NCBI GenBank assembly: GCA_030390025.1
Contig: JASTWF010000034.1
Location: 5,766,001 to 5,830,000 of the forward strand
Length of the DNA: 64,000 nt
Direction: 5' to 3'
DNA from: Squalus acanthias
Taxonomy: Eukaryota
Below the pieces are notes generated by a model. It was not told where the DNA came from. It searched no databases and worked only from the letters and a program-made list of their open reading frames with translations. The position numbers and the translations under genes were made by a program. Shown here piece after piece: positions 63,010-64,000 of the stretch (its first letter is position 1; every line of letters begins with the position of its first letter).

Positions 63010-63946
63010 GCTTCTATAGGCCACCAACTAGTGGGAAGGAAATACAGGAGCAAATTTGCAGGGAAATTGCAGAGGTGGAAGAAATATAGAGTGGTAATAA
63101 TGGGGGACTTCAGTTATCCTAATATAGAGTGAGATAATAATCGTACAAAGGGAAGAGAGGGGGAAGAATTTCCTTAGTGAGTTCAAGAGAACTTTCTTGA
63201 TTGGTGCATTTCTGGCCCAAAGAGGAAGGAGGCATTGCTGGATCTGGTTCTGGGGAATGAGGTAGGTGAAGTGGAGAAGATTTCAGTAAGGGAGCGCACA
63301 GGGAACGGTGATCGCAGTATCATGAGGTTTATATTAGCTATGGAAAAGGACAAGGAGCAATCTAGAGTAAAAATACTTCATTGGGGGAGGGCCAATTTCA
63401 GTGGGTTGAGAACGGAGCTGGCTTGGGTAAAAGGAATCAAAGATTGGCAGGCAAAACTGTCATCGAACAATGGGCTGCCTTTAAAGAAGAGATGATTCAG
63501 GTACAATCGAGGTACATTCCCACGAGGGGGAAAGGTAGGGCAACCAAAGCCAGAGCTCCCTGGATGACGAAAGAGATAGTGGAAGATAGAGAGTAAGAGG
63601 AAGCAGAGAAATGGGGCGTATGACAGATGTCAAGTTCAGAATACAAGTGAGAACCAGGCTGAATATAGAAAGTTCAAAGAGGAAGTGAAAAAGGAAATAA
63701 GAGGGGCAAAGAGAGAATATTAGAATAGATTGGCAGCTAACATAAAATGGAATCCAAAAGTCTTCTTTTGGCAAATAAATATTAAACGGGCAGTAAGAGG
63801 TGGGGTGGGGCTGATTAAGGGCCAAAAAGGAGACATACGAATGGAGGCAGAGGGCATGGCTGAGATAGTAAATAAATACTTTGCATCTGTCTTTAGCAAG
63901 GAAGAAGCTGCTGCCAAAGTCACAGTGAAAGAGGAGGTAGTTGAGT
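63010..63946 (+). mobile_element. CR1 ORF2 fragment (EN C-terminal half and linker), decayed
   Basis: FYRPP, MGDFSYP, LDLVLGNE, RAPWMTKEI, NPKVFFWQIN, NKYFASVFSKE, with several stops. Confidence 0.88.
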
Positions 63947-64000
63947 AAAGTGTTGTAGTGACTCTGGTTCAATGAGTCTGTTTGTTCAATGACTGTAATT

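Overview
This is vertebrate nuclear DNA, most likely from a cartilaginous fish (shark/ray), inferred from the CR1/L2 LINEs, tRNA-derived SINEs and a Penelope-like remnant. About half the window is one 50/52-bp AT-rich satellite (9614-~39990). It is separated by a 500-N gap from a 31-bp minisatellite (6368-9113). Most of the rest is decayed or nested non-LTR retroelements plus two more minisatellites (33 bp and 51 bp). The only host-gene signal is a pair of paralogous 181-bp first coding exons (1354-1534 and 44663-44843, + strand). Each encodes a short glycosylated N-terminus plus the start of a TM1-like segment (YYPLLAAVGVP) resembling the GPR139/GPR142-like class A receptors expanded in chondrichthyans, and each ends in a phase-1 G|GTAAGT donor. 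They lie in a ~4.9-kb segmental duplication (1-~4917 vs 43377-~48145). The upstream 156 bp differ at 2 positions, but the juxtamembrane ectodomain codons differ at ~30% of positions, almost all amino-acid changing (hand counts). I found no downstream 7TM exon for either copy, and the last ~50 bp of the window resemble the upstream element of a possible third copy. A cluster of variable first exons is therefore a hypothesis worth testing. No intact retroelement ORF2, CRISPR array, rRNA or genuine tRNA gene was found.
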